From contig DF236982.1 in assembly GCA_000708835.1 (NCBI GenBank), positions 248,001 through 312,000 of the forward strand: a stretch of DNA of 64,000 nt, read 5' to 3'. This stretch comes from Klebsormidium nitens (Eukaryota > Plantae > Klebsormidiophyceae). Made by a program: the position numbers and the translations under genes. The stretch's first letter is position 1, and each line of letters starts with the position of its first letter. Below the pieces are notes generated by a model that was not told the DNA's origin, searched no databases, and saw only the letters and a program-made list of their open reading frames with translations. This document shows positions 10,617 to 23,236 of the stretch, piece after piece.

Positions 10617-13600
10617 ATGTGTGGCCAGGGCGGTATGGAGGAGGGATGCCGCTCTGCATGCATTATGGCTCGAAAATTGCTGCCCTGCACCTTCCTTTTG
10701 CTGGCAATCTGCTCAATTACAGGCAAAGCAGCTGCAACTCCCTCAGAGGCCGCATCGCAGGCTGTTCTGTTGTCTGGGAAGGTTGCTTTGCTGTCCCCAA
10801 GTGACCAGGGTCAGCAGGTCACATTGCCTGGGCGGGGGAGCTCAGCCTCAAGCAGAGTTGACGTGCATTGCATGAAGATCGATTTGCAGCCTCAAAATTG
10901 GAGCTGGAAGGAACTAGTTTGGGGCACAGTGGAGGCCACAGTCTCAATTGCAGGTACACTAGAGCGTGGTAGTCACGAAACATCTTCTGCAGGAACTGAG
11001 CCTGGCCATGCTACCACAGGACAGGCAGTGCAATTGGAGACTTGGCAGCTGCGTAGCAAGTTCTCAAGCACAGAGCACACTGCATTCTTCGTGGCGCTTG
11101 TGGCCCTGTCAGAATGCAATCAGGGTGCAGCTGTCAACTCGACAATCGTCTACAAGGGACACGAAGGCGCCCCTTGCCGGCTCCCCGTCTCATGGTTGCA
11201 ACGCTCCTGCCTCTGCTTAGGACGGCTTCCCTACAGCGCAGAAACCTTAGGAAACCCTCCACATTCTGATCGTGCAACCCCAAGGGAGCAGAGTCTAGGA
11301 GCCTCGCCCTCGACAGTCTTTCCTTCGCAAGGTCCCCAGTCGACAGAACCTCGCTCAGCTTCCGCAGAGCACAGCTCAGACTCCTCTCACCAATCTCATA
11401 GCTCGCATGAGTTAAAAGCCTCGCCTCTCGTTCTCCATGCCAAGGCCTCCATCAGAGTCCCTCAGCTGTCCATGCTCCTCACAGCCAGTGGCCTGCTGGT
11501 CCTCTCCTCGGCAGAGCCGCTGAGCAGGGTTTCTGCAATGCACGTTCTTCTAGGGGGAATGCTCGGAGCGGGCCTGGCGCACGTTGGCGTCATGCTGGCA
11601 ATTGCGGCGGTCCCCGGGGCTGTGGTGGCTTTGCCCTGGGTCGCTGCGCTGTCGGCCTACAGGCTGGGCATCTGCGAAGCTTTGACCATGCTAGTGGCAG
11701 GTGAAAAAATGATACTGACAGCTCACTCTTTCTCCAGAAAAGGGGATGTGCAGTCAACTAAATGTCTTCTCCCCTCAAAGCTGAAGAACAGCTGATGCGC
11801 AGTCAACTAAATGTCTTCCCTCCTCAAAGCTGAAGTGCTTCAGAAGGCTCCTGAGGGACTTGAGAAGCTTCTGAGCATTCTGCTGGCTTGCAAAAGCCTC
11901 AGAATGAGGTCCAACTGGGGTTTTTGAGAAGCTGTTAAGGAAGTTTGTCGCAGAAGTTTGTGGTTGTGGTCTTGGAGTTCACAGTTCCAACCGAAACAAC
12001 TCGCTTTCTCTGCAGTCCGTCTTACTGTTTACCAGAACAGGAAAGCAACTGAGCAAACACTCCACCTCCCCGAAGCATCTTCCCCAAAGTTGTCCCCCAG
12101 GCGCCTCACTCAACATTCTCTCCCCGCAGGTTACGTCTACACGGTTGCGATGGCCCTGGCGCTCCTCTACCTGTACACTCAGCATTTCTCCTACGTCCAA
12201 GCTGTATACTTGTTCGTCATGTTTCATGCCGCCCTAGCAGGGGCCTTGCGTGCGGAACCTTCGCGGAGTATTACCCCAGGAGAAGCCCCCGTTCCCCCTC
12301 CACAAGTGGCGGCTATTCTGGCAGAGGGGTCAGCCGGCCCCCCGGAACAGAGTTGGGTGTCAATGTGGGTGCCGGGAAGAGGGGTCGTGCTGCAGCGGAC
12401 GGTGTATTTTGCCCTCCTTGCCTGTGGAGGGGCAATGTTTGCTGGTGAGTGTCTTTGAGTTTCTCAACTAATTGGAGCAAGTAGTGTCGGGGGCACTAAT
12501 TGAAGGAGTGCTGCTTTGCACCCAAACCTTCAGAAAAGTGCTCTTATCTACCAAAGCCTCGGGGCATGCTATCAGCTCTCTTATAAAGGGACGAAGCATG
12601 TTAGGCTGTCACTGCATCTGCAAAGTGTTCACCATAGTTCTACAAAGAGACGGTTGAGTTAGCTGACTGTATTTTTTCAGCGTACCCCTCTTACAGATAT
12701 CCCAACACTCGAATGTAACTTGGCAATGTTTCTTGGTCAGAAGAAAGGTCTTCTCTCCGCCAGTATATTACTGATCGAGAATAGAAGGAACATCGGCAAC
12801 AGTTGCATAACGGCAAACTTTTGAGGCACCGTCCGACGCACAGCTTGCCGTCATTCGCATCTTATTGGGTGTTGACTAAAAAGTGGGGCTCTGTGGGGAT
12901 CACCTGCGGGCTATCACGAATCATGGCAATGAGGATTCAATACCCTAGTGCTATTGTTGACATTAGTGGACTTCGGTGAAAATCGGACACTAGCCACGGA
13001 TTGTGTTCAATTCCTCAAGCGTCTCGCGCGGTTGTCTACTGCCTGACCCTGAACATGGAAGCTGATGCCCTCGTCAACAACGGAACACCTAACCTGAAGC
13101 GAACCGAGATCCCTTCCTTACCTTTCCTTAGCCTACTTAATCCGTCCCAACCCTGCCTAACCCGCCACTCCAGGCACCACAAACATCTGGCTCCACGCCG
13201 CCATTCTGCGCGCCCACTCGTCGCACGACCTGCCCCTCTGGCTGGCCCTCTTCGTTGCGTCCGCCCCCGTTTTGGTATTGGTGGGGCTCGAGATCCACTG
13301 CAAGCTGCTGTCAGCCATCCTCGGAACCGTGATTTCGCTGCCCCGGGGGGTTTTGGCAGAGGGGGTCGATCTGTTGCGCTTTGTGCGGAGGCGACTGGGG
13401 TACTACGTGCCAGGGGAAGCGAGGGGGGGGGGCAGCAGGTAAGGAAGAAGAAACAATCAACAAGCTGAGACGATCCAAATTGTGAAGTTGATGCGATCAC
13501 AGATGCGTAATGGCGTTTGAAGCAGCGGTCCCTTGAGCAGTGTCCTGAGACGCGTTACGTTTGTCCCGGATTTGCAGTGGCACTCTCGACTCCTCGAAAG

Positions 13601-15655
13601 AAGGTTTACCCCGCTCTTTCTTCCATACACCGGCAATATGTCTCGGATGCTCACGCTAAAACAAGGTGAGCGAGCAATAAAAGTGACGGCTATGCATTCA
13701 TTTTGATTCCTGAAATGAAGCATTCTCCGTTCCCCTGGTCAATATCCTGAACCGTAAACCTACCGTCAAATCTTCCCGTCTTCACTCCCTCACCCTTGAC
13801 CCCATTCACACCTCCCCACAGGTACCACCTTCGCCCAGTCCGCCGGGTCTTCTACTCCCATGTCCTCCGAGACCAAGAACCTGGTGCAAAGTGGGGCCCC
13901 GAAAGAGACCTTTGGTTGTTGAGAAACGCTTTGCGGCGCATCGGATATTGGCTGGCCGGGGTGAAGCCCCCGGTCACCGGACGAAGCCTGAGTCACCGGA
14001 GAAAGTGGGCCGGGCGGGGTCTACCGAGCAGTTCAGAATGTAGCGAGAACGAAGTGTCGGGTGAGTGAGCATGATTCACGGCACTGGGCATTTGTTTGAG
14101 TCCTGTGGGGGTTGCATCGTAGGAACTTGTGGGCGCTGCCGAGCAACATGTGTTTCAGGAATATTCAAAGGCCGAGCACAGTGCTTCGTTGAAGAAGTGG
14201 AAACGATCCTTTTCTCTTGGTTGGGGGGCTTAGTACGGATAGCCAGTCAATCAGTACCAGTCTGTTAGGCTGACTCTGGGCCACCATTGCTCCTACTTTG
14301 CCTCCCTCACCGTGACCTCCTTCACGGTAAGTTCTTTTGTTGAGTGCTTCGCTGAGCTGTCATTTCCAAGTCTACAACGTTTGCCATTGGACGTTGCGGA
14401 AATGTCCACTTTGGACTTCAATGTTGAGCAGCTTTCTACGTCTGCTGACACCGAAACCCGTTGTCTCTTAAGAGAGGGGGACAGGCAAATCTGCGTTTAG
14501 GCCCCTTGACTGTCAATTACAAGCACAGGTCGCGATTGAACAGCGAGTCTGCCACGTGTCTGCAGGCGACGCGTCGAGCGACCCCACGTGGTCTCCATCC
14601 TTCGAAGGCTCCGCCGTCGGCTATAGCGCCGCTGTGGCCGCGGCAGCCGACGACGACGACGGGCAAGAAGCCAGCAGCGCTTTCCGAGAGCTGCCACGTG
14701 GCAGCGAACGGGCAGGCGAGACTGCGGGCAAAACGAACGCGCTCCGAGAAAGCGGCTCGGAGGGGCATTCCGGGCGCAGGACTGAGAGCGAGGCGGCGAA
14801 CGGCGGGCTTCTAGGGTTTCTTCGTGCGGGAAGCGAGCCGCGAAGCCCTTCCGAACGGGGGGACCATCCAAGATTCGCCCTCTTGGCACGCCGTTTGGAA
14901 GGAGGGGCGGATGCCGGTACGGAAGAGGGAGCGGAACGATACGAGGCTAGCCGCTCGGAGAGTGACGCCCCGGGCTGGGGCGCCCGATTCTGGGGCGGGG
15001 TCACGTGCCGAGACGATCGAGAGTTTGACCAGAACGTGAACGAGGAGCGGGGGGAAACCGGCGCGTTGTCAGGTAAGAGCCGCCCGTTGGACTTCCTGTT
15101 CTAATGAGTCTGACATCCTTTTTTGGGCCATCATCTATGCCCAGAAAAGTCGTTTGTTTTGACTGACTGGAACCGCCTCACATAGACGAGCTCGAATCAA
15201 GAGCGTCAGCCAAGCAGCAGCTCTGGTTTTGCGCTCTTTCTTAAGGTAGATGTTAAAGTAGAGTGTGCTCGATGTTACTTCCGATGTCCTAGATGTCATT
15301 CCGCTTGCGGGGCACGCCTACGCCTCGCCAGAACCCCATTTAACGGCTTCCTTTGCGTGTCATAGTTTAAGCGGGAGTGCTCTAACCCCATCCTTATACC
15401 CCAGTCCTACACGTGCCTTCGATACCACGATTCTGCGGGTTTGCAGGGGCAGGCGAAGAGTGGGACTGGCTCGCGGCCGAGGGTCTTACTCCTGGGGAGG
15501 CCTTGGCCGGGCAAAGCTGCCCAGTGTGCCTGTCACTGAGGAAGAACCTCGCCTTCGGTTGCGGCCACCAGACCTGCCAAAGCTGCGGGGCGGGGCTGGC
15601 CAAGTGTCCCATATGCAGGAAGAGGATCTCCGTCCGGGTGCATTTGTTCCACTGA
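10617..15655 (+). CDS. Signal peptide, multi-pass membrane (NEMP/DUF2215-like) region and C-terminal RGLG-type RING finger; 6 exons, ~856-872 aa
   Basis: Exons 10617-11700, 12130-12444, 13174-13438, 13822-14060, 14566-15072, 15447-15655 join in phases 1,1,2,1,1. N-terminal hydrophobic MARKLLPCTFLLLAICSITG; several TM-like segments; C-terminus CPVCLSLRKNLAFGCGHQTCQSCGAGLAKCPICRKRISVRVHLFH. The NEMP likeness is a by-eye inference. Confidence 0.75.
11745..11835 (+). repeat. ~48 bp intronic tandem duplication
   Basis: GCAGTCAACTAAATGTCTT...CCTCAAAGCTGAAG occurs twice in intron 1 of the membrane-RING gene. Confidence 0.85.
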
Positions 15656-18600
15656 TGTAAGCATCTGTATTCTATGTATAGCCGATTTGTCGATCGAGGC
15701 AGCAAGCAACTCGAGTTCTCGAGGGTCTCAGATACAAACAAAGAGGGGAGGTTTGTTCCAGAAAGCAAGCGTAGCTCCAGTCGCAGTTGACGGAAAACAT
15801 AAATGCAGACTTGTATAGAAACCAGCTCGCCGAATGTACAGGAGCACTTTTGCTATGGTTCGCACAGAAGAGACCTTGCGCCATGATTTAGGAGTCAAAG
15901 GAGGACGCAACTCGCTTCCTTAGAAAGCGGTTGTCATTGACATATACAGCCCCAGGTGTATTCAATCGTACATACTTGCTACTTGCTGACCTGACATAGT
16001 TTTTGCTCAAATGTCTCGGGTTTAGGCTCGATAATCCCGTACGTTAACGAAGAACCAAGACCTCAGGAAACAATCAAAGTATAGGCCGCGAGACATGCAG
16101 CATTACACGATGCCTGGTATAGGCACCCACGCTTGATTTGCCCTGCACGTTGTGGTTCCAACCTAGATGAATCATGCGTCCGGCTTGCATGAGCACTAAG
16201 GATATGAATCTATTTGTTGAGACGCCCTTAGCGGCCGCCACGTTGCGCCGGCGGTTCACTTGATAGGCGCCAGGCACGCAAGCTTGGATCGTATGAGCAC
16301 CCTTTTACCTTCATCGAAGGGAGTCTCTTAACACAACCGCCGAGCCAGAACGCCTTAATTGTGCTGTAAGGTCGACTACTCAAAGACGTCCGCCACCGGC
16401 ACTCTTCTATCACAATATGAGCTACTTCGCTCAACCAGACGTCTGATGTCTAGGTGTACGTAGCTTTCGCATGCAATGTGGAGACATGCCAAAGCAATGC
16501 ATCTGAAGCATTAAGCATAGTGGTCCGACGGCACAAAACCACCATCTGAGTCTGGCTCCCACGAAAGTGGACCTCTTCGTACGTGCCTCTAGTGGCAGCC
16601 TAATATATAGCCTTATAGCCTTGATATAAGTATGTACGTTGCGCTCCGCTTTTCAATTCTGAACTTGCAGGACGCAGGATCGAGTAAATGGTAAGTTCGA
16701 CACAGACCTAAGTAGTTTTGTAGTATTTGCTAACTATGAACGCGGCTAGATGGGGACGCGGTGAGGAAAGGCCCTTTTGTAGAGCTCCGAAGCAGCCTGA
16801 CGTAGACAGAAGCGTTGCCGAGGAATGTACGTGCTCCATGCAACCGTATGCATGATAATAGTTCTTGCATCTGTACTACGGTAAATATGAAGTGAAACTC
16901 TCGGATTATGTCTGCAGGTAGATTTAATCTGGGTCCTGGCGTTGTCACACCAGGCCGACAATGGTATCCGACGGGCCGTTCATGGATGGATGGTTGTAAG
17001 TAGCTGTCCAATCAGTGGCAGCAGCGCTATGTCGAGGTATCTCGCATGAAGTTGCTACTGTTGTACAGATCCAAGTATAATGGCCAAGTACAATGGCCCC
17101 TGTCCCATGAGACCGTCTCGGACTAGTGCATCATTTGTTGGACGTGCACGATATTCACATTCTTGCAAAGGGTGCCCGCCGCCACGGATGTCCTTCCTGT
17201 TGATCGTGACGGTGTGGATATTCAGAGATATTCATCATGTAACTCACTTGATTTGGCAAAGCTGACTTCAAGACTTCGAGTCCTTGTTCTTTAACTCTCT
17301 TTCGACTGCTGTGCTCACCGTGGCAAGGATAGCGGTCATACTGAGTTGCTAAGCAATGGGGTAGCAATGCTGCGGCACATGCATGAAATGGTTCTCGGAG
17401 ATGTGAAAGCCCTGAAGGCAACCCAGTGCCCACCGTTCGAAACCGGGTGGCGGGATCTTTCGAATTTACGACAAGTTCTGATCTTGACAAGCCTGATGTA
17501 CGGTACTCCAAGGCTCAGCCAATCACAGTGTATTATACACTTCGGTTTTCACGGCCTGTTCGCCACGTGGGGTCGCCAGAAACATCGAAGCATACTTATA
17601 GGCTGTAGCCGTCCGAGGGACGCGGCGAATCATGTTTCCTGCGGCTCCACGTGCTAGCGTTCATGCAAAAGCCGGAGAATCTGGTTTCGGCGGCAATTGG
17701 TTGGAGCTTGAAAGGGTCGACTCGATTCTCGAGGCGAGACGCACTCGGAGGCGACAGAGAGCCGGCATGCAACGACCGTGCGACGTTGGTAGTACAGTGT
17801 TCGACACGAGCCGTCACATTGGGCAAACTTGAACGTCAGCCGAAGCATTGCTACCCGGCCGATTCAACCGACGGGAGTCGGCCGCAAAACCGACAGCTGG
17901 AATTAGGGCTGATTCTGAGGCGTTTGGCTGACACAAGTCGACCGGTTCAATTGGGTCCAGACAGCGGCCAGACAGCGAAGGACAAATCGGCCTGGCGGCC
18001 GACGAAACGAAACTCCGTATCGAATCCCGCTAACTTCACGGCCGTATCCCAGTCAGCGTGGGAGGCCCTACCATGACTAGACTTAAACTAGGTACCGTAC
18101 TACCGGTACTTAAGTGGTACTGCGTCGGTGTGCCTACCTAGCTCTAGTAAGCCAGTACCTACAGTAGTAGCCTATGGTAGGCAATCCAGAGCGGTACCGC
18201 TACACTGAAAACACGGTACACGGTACACCTCCTTACCAAGAACCGTAGCCAGCTGTAGGTTACAGTGACGAAGGGAATGCCTAGACTCTAGAGCCTCAGC
18301 TAAGGCTATGGCTTCAGGCTACAAACACACACTGTTGTCAACAGGCCAGGGATCCAGCCCATCCAGACGCGCGAACGTTGTTAAAGCGGCAAGAATCTCG
18401 CCCAGCTGAGGCGCTTGTTATAAGTTGCAAGGTTTAGCTCTCGGCACGGTGCATTGCAAGCAACCAGAGGGCGCGGCATTCGACGAATATGGCGCCCCGC
18501 TCCGTTTTACGCAGCTCCCGAGCTGCACGCTATGTGATGCTGCTCCTGGCCAACTTGGCCGTCTCCGCTCTTATCATCAGTAAGTTGTCCGCCGCGATTT

Positions 18601-19578
18601 TAATTCATTGTCTTTCCCTCAGCAGCTATCCTGTCTTTTGTGCAATGGCGCGGTGTTACCTGGCCCGGTATTGCCGTGTCATTAAGAAACTGTGTGCCAG
18701 AATCCCTTGGGCTTGAAACGGATTGAGAACCGCCCATGTGATTCCAAAACAAGCAAAGATGGATCTGGGGATTGCGGGCAAACGCGGCATTGCCCGTCCG
18801 GAAGTTCTTTGTTCTACAATGACGCACTGATTATGCACTGTGGATTGCACATTGTCCCCTTGGGAGGCTGCCTTGTAGAGGCTTTGATTGTGGCTGGGAG
18901 GCCTTTCTTTGTCTGAAATTTCAAGATAGTGTGACCACAAAGCTGGGCTGGGCTTCTCATGTAGGCAACACGCCCAAGCAGATGGCTTTCTCTTGAGACA
19001 GAGATGTAGAAACATGGGCGGCTAAACTCGCCGATGGACTATATTTGTTGGTCTTTGCGGGATGCATGCTGGCAGTATGGATGCTGGTCCTAAGATATTT
19101 GCGGACTTGCATTATGAGTCCAAGGTCTCACCTTTTTGTTCTGATGAGCTTGTTGAACTAATTTTTCCCAATGAAATGCCACCTGATGCGCGCCAATGGT
19201 TCAGATGAGCGCTAATTCTCCAATGAATCTTGGAAGCTTCCAAGAACCATCCGACAGGCCTGGAACCAATTTTCATGGCTTGCTTGAGGGCTGTGTGCTT
19301 TGCAGATCTCACCAAGGTTACAATTGACTTCAAAAAGAGACAGATTAAAATCTTCAAAGAAGAAAATTGATACAAGAAACAGATTGAACCAGACCTCGTC
19401 CCAATAAGGGGATTCAAAGGACCAGCTTTCAGCAGAAACGAACCAAGATTGGATGTCTCCCCTTGTAGGTGCGATGCTCTCGGCCAGGGAGCCGTCTCAC
19501 GTGGACGCTGTGTCGACGAGTGGAGGCCCCACAATAGCTTCACACACGAGCCGCAAGCTGCAGCAAGGTCAGTCTTTC

Positions 19579-19745
19579 AGCAGACTTTGCCCTTAACCAT
19601 CTTTGGTTAAGAGCATTGGACCAATTTTGAACCCTTCTCTCTTGGTGGAAGGGCACTTAACCTGCTTCATCAACCACAAACCTAAGTTGGATAATACTGG
19701 TTTTCCCCTCTGTCCCACAGCAGACTTTGCCCTTAACCATCTTTG
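19579..19745. repeat. 28 bp direct repeat; the first copy is part of a GCCCTTAACCA...TGGTTAAGAGC hairpin
   Basis: CAGCAGACTTTGCCCTTAACCATCTTTG at ~19579 and ~19718; inverted pairing 19589-19614. Confidence 0.7.
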
Positions 19746-21509
19746 CTTTGACCAGCTCTTATATGGTAAACGACAAAATTTTGGTTGGGGGGCAATCTCC
19801 CAGTGTGTCAGGGGTTAGCAGTGACAATTCCTCCCTGCTTTCATTTCAATCTCTCTTTCTTGCTTCCATTTCTTTTGCTCTTGTTATTTATGGTTCCAAT
19901 GCCTCGAGGCCTCAGTTAGGGGCTGCCAGAAGCCTGATTGGGTGGGACACTGACTCTAGTTTCCGGCATTGTTTCTCAAAGTTGTTGGATTGTCTATGTG
20001 GGCATAAGCGGTGGGGTCTCCCTGCATGTACACAATTGGAATAAAATGGCAGAGATGGGTAGATCTTTAAACACTTAACAGATATTGACGAGGCACATCA
20101 AGATCAGTCAAATGGATCCAGCTCTAAACTGCGTCTATTTGTCTGGTGGCTATGATAAAATTTTCGCGCAAGAAGAAGGAAGTCTGGCGCAGTATTTGCT
20201 TCTGGCTTGAAAAGGCAGCTTGTGCTGCATGCATAAGGAAGCTTGCCTAACCACAATTGAACCTCAGGATGTCGGGCAAGTGATCTTTGACTGGGGGATT
20301 AGCTGAATTGACGAATGGCAGCTTCAGCAGAAATCCTGAAAGAGGGCTGATTCCTTGAAAGCGGTTCCTCTGTGGTCTAAGAGACATAACTATTCTGTAC
20401 AGCCCCCTTGAATCAAAGCAATGCAGAGCAGTGTCTGCAAATCAAGTGCATAAGAGCGGCTTTAAGACCCTCTCACCTGCTTGGTCTAACTTTCGCTGGG
20501 AGTCTATGTGCATGGTTCACGGTTTGGCAAATCTCATCTCTAACCCAATTTGTCGAGACAGATCTCACACTTCTTCCCATTCTCTCTGTTACTGCGCACA
20601 AATGGGCTAGCTTTGTAAGTAAGAATGTCAAGGCGACAGCAGTTCTAACACAATCTTTTCAATTGCTTTTGCAGTGGTCGACCCTGCACCGGGTGAGTCG
20701 GGAGAAGGCGTCTTCAATCCACCCAATCTTCTTTTCTTTTGAGTTGACTGCTGTAACATTGCCTCTTTCTTTGTTATGATTATCCGTAAGCTATGCTTGC
20801 TCCACCCGCCCTGTCCTGTACAACTTAAGACGAAGCTTGGATTGGCACTTTCGTGGAAGATCACTTGGCTCCTTCTTTCACTCGGCCTTCTGTTTATTGG
20901 TCAAACATTAGATCAGATGGTTCATTGCGTCAGCTATCTGCGCAGCAATCCTAATGCATGCATGTCAAGTACAGAAGAGAGGCTTTGACAATGCTACTTT
21001 TCAAAAAGGTTTTCGTCTCCTGGAGACAACTCTTGCGTATCTAGGCTTGACTGGTTGTCTATCTAGGTGGGACTGATAGTGTCGAAGCCCACGACGAAAT
21101 GCGGTTAACCAACACCAGTAGATTGTGGGTTGACTAACCTATTTAACAGCCGGGTAAGATGGCACCGCGGTTATTGAGCCAGTAAGTAAACGTGCGTCAA
21201 ATCGATACCTCCTGTTGACTGTTTGAAACATCAGCAGAGCAGTGCACGCGATCAAAAGGATTCATTTAGCAGGGTCAATTCGATGCATCCTACTTAGGGT
21301 TCTTCTCAGGAAGCAGGTTCGCAACTTTGACGACCTTGCATTCTTCAACGGTTTCAGTCAATATCTTTGGACGTCACTTCAGGCCTTCGCAAAGATCCTC
21401 TCCGTCTAGACATTGAGCTTGGCGCTCAGTCGCCAACTTTCTAGATCGTCCAGAGAAGCCAGGCGATCTCGTTAAGCCATCAAACCTACGTTTTACGATC
21501 TAGGAGTCC

Positions 21510-21720
21510 CACAACCCAAAAACCCTCAGAACCTCAGACCTACAGCCTGCAATCCCTTGATTCCCGAATCCCAGATCTTGAAGGGCAAAAACGAAACCGT
21601 AACCCCGCGAAGTCAAATCCCCCCATTTTCAAAGAGGAGAATCTCGTGCCCCAGAAGCAGAAAACCTAAACCCCTCCAAACCCGAAACCGCAAACCCCTA
21701 AACCCCAAAACCCCCGCCCG
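21510..21720 (+). repeat. Degenerate telomere-like (AAACCC/CCCTAAA) tract in the intron before the Cys-rich exon
   Basis: AACCCAAAAACCCTC...AAACCTAAACCCC..AAACCCGAAACCGCAAACCCCTAAACCCCAAAACCCCC running up to the 21724 acceptor. Confidence 0.6.
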
Positions 21721-21724
21721 GCAG

Positions 21725-23236
21725 GCGCGGCGGTCCTCCCCGTCGACACAAAGTGCCCCGCCGACCAGAACGGCATCCCGTCCAACGCGTGCTTCAGCGC
21801 CAACGGCCTAACCCACGTTTGCTGCATTGACCCGGACTCGTGCGGGCCGAACGACGCCTCTGGTGGCGCCACGTGTGCGCACCAGCAGTACCTCACGTTC
21901 AGCAAGGAGACGTTCCAACTCGTCGGCCCCATGGTGGTCTGCCCCGTCTGCCAGGGCGCCCCGTCGAACCCGTGCTACAGGCGAGCCCCCTCAACTCCTT
22001 TCGACGCGTCTCTTTAGGGGGGCGCTCCCGACGTCAGCGGACTTTTCATTGACGTCATGTGACGGCCATTGTAGGTGCATGAACACCATTGCTGCGCAAT
22101 CCGCCGGCTCGAAACCGGCGCTTTGACGTGTGCGATCGACACCCGACTCTGGCTGGAATACTTTGCCGTTAATCAAAGTGGACTGTCCGATGTTAACGGT
22201 TACAGAAGGCCCACTTGCACTAAGGTCCTTCCGGAACTGCTCCATTCTCGTTTTCCAAGGACGTCATGAGCTTCCGATTGTGACGTCTCGCTAGCCAAGA
22301 ATGCGTCTTCTGACTCACCCACCTTGCAAGCGAGCGTGGAGTGCTTTATAAAATAGACAAATCTCGAAGGTTGGGGCAACTCCGCTAAACTTCGTTAAGT
22401 GACTCTTCATACTTCGAAGTTCTCGAGGGTCGTGGGCTTCGCCCGTAAGCACAGGAACCTTTCGCCCTTAACCAGAATCGGTTAGGGCATCAATCCAGAC
22501 CTTCACCACACAGGAACCTTTCGCCCTTAACCAGAATCGGTTAGGGCATCAAACCAGACCTTCACCACATTTTCTTGGTGGAACTAAGGCAACTTATCAT
22601 CCCAAAACCAAGCGTGGTTAACGGTGCTTTCTTTCTATCAAGGCTAACTCCGAGGGATGTAACAGATATTCCGGCACGCCCTTTGCAAGGGCACATCAAA
22701 GCAGGGGGCTTTGCAGGTCAAAGTTCGAACCATTTCACGCTTCCCCCACTCTCGAGGGACTCGGAAAGCGAATGCAGAGTTTCGGCCGTCCTTTTGCTTT
22801 GAACTCGGTATATTGGACCGCTGAACTTCTGCGATCGGCTCACAGTCCTGGGACTAAGACGCGTTAACCTTTGCAGTCGCCCAGACGCGTTGACTCAACC
22901 CGAGTCCTGGTCTACGCGTTTGGTCTCCGTTCTGAATCCTGAAGCGGGCGTCGTAAGCCAGATCAGCTCGACAAACGCCCGCTTAGTGAGTTGGGGTCTT
23001 TCTTTGACGGACCAGACTCCAAGTTCGACCACCAAGTAGACACGCGTCACCAATTTGTTGGTAGAAACCCGGCTGACGTCATTCATAAACTCGGCTGCAG
23101 CTCATACGGCGACACCAAGGTCTGCTGCCAGAACCCGAGCAGCTGTGACCCCGCGACCGGCCCAGCCATGTGCACTGGCGGCGAGTACGTCACCTTCACG
23201 GGGACCTTCGAGAGCCCGGTCCCCATCGGCTGCTAA
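21725..23236 (+). CDS. Small Cys-rich, probably secreted protein with two 7-Cys repeats; 5' exon(s) unresolved
   Basis: Exon 21725-21980 (AAVLPVDTKCPADQNGIPSNACFSANGLTHVCCIDPDSC...PSNPCY) joins exon 23101-23236 (SYGDTKVCCQNPSSCDPATGPAMC...PIGC*) in phase 2 through an AG|GCGAG donor. A possible signal-peptide exon lies at ~20820-20940 (WLLLSLGLLFIGQ). Confidence 0.72.
22450..22568. repeat. Two-copy 59 bp tandem repeat with an internal hairpin
   Basis: ACAGGAACCTTTCGCCCTTAACCAGAATCGGTTAGGGCATCAA(T/A)CCAGACCTTCACCAC x2; GCCCT(T)AACC pairs with GGTTAGGGC. Confidence 0.9.

Noticed and set aside
13001-13500. ORFs 13001-13468 (+) and 13036-13500 (-)
   Set aside because: A different plus frame (exon 13174-13438) fits both splice phases and gives a TM-like peptide.
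16000-20400. Genes or transposon ORFs in this interval
   Set aside because: Only short ORFs with no recognisable domain or exon chain; probably degraded repeats, but unsupported.
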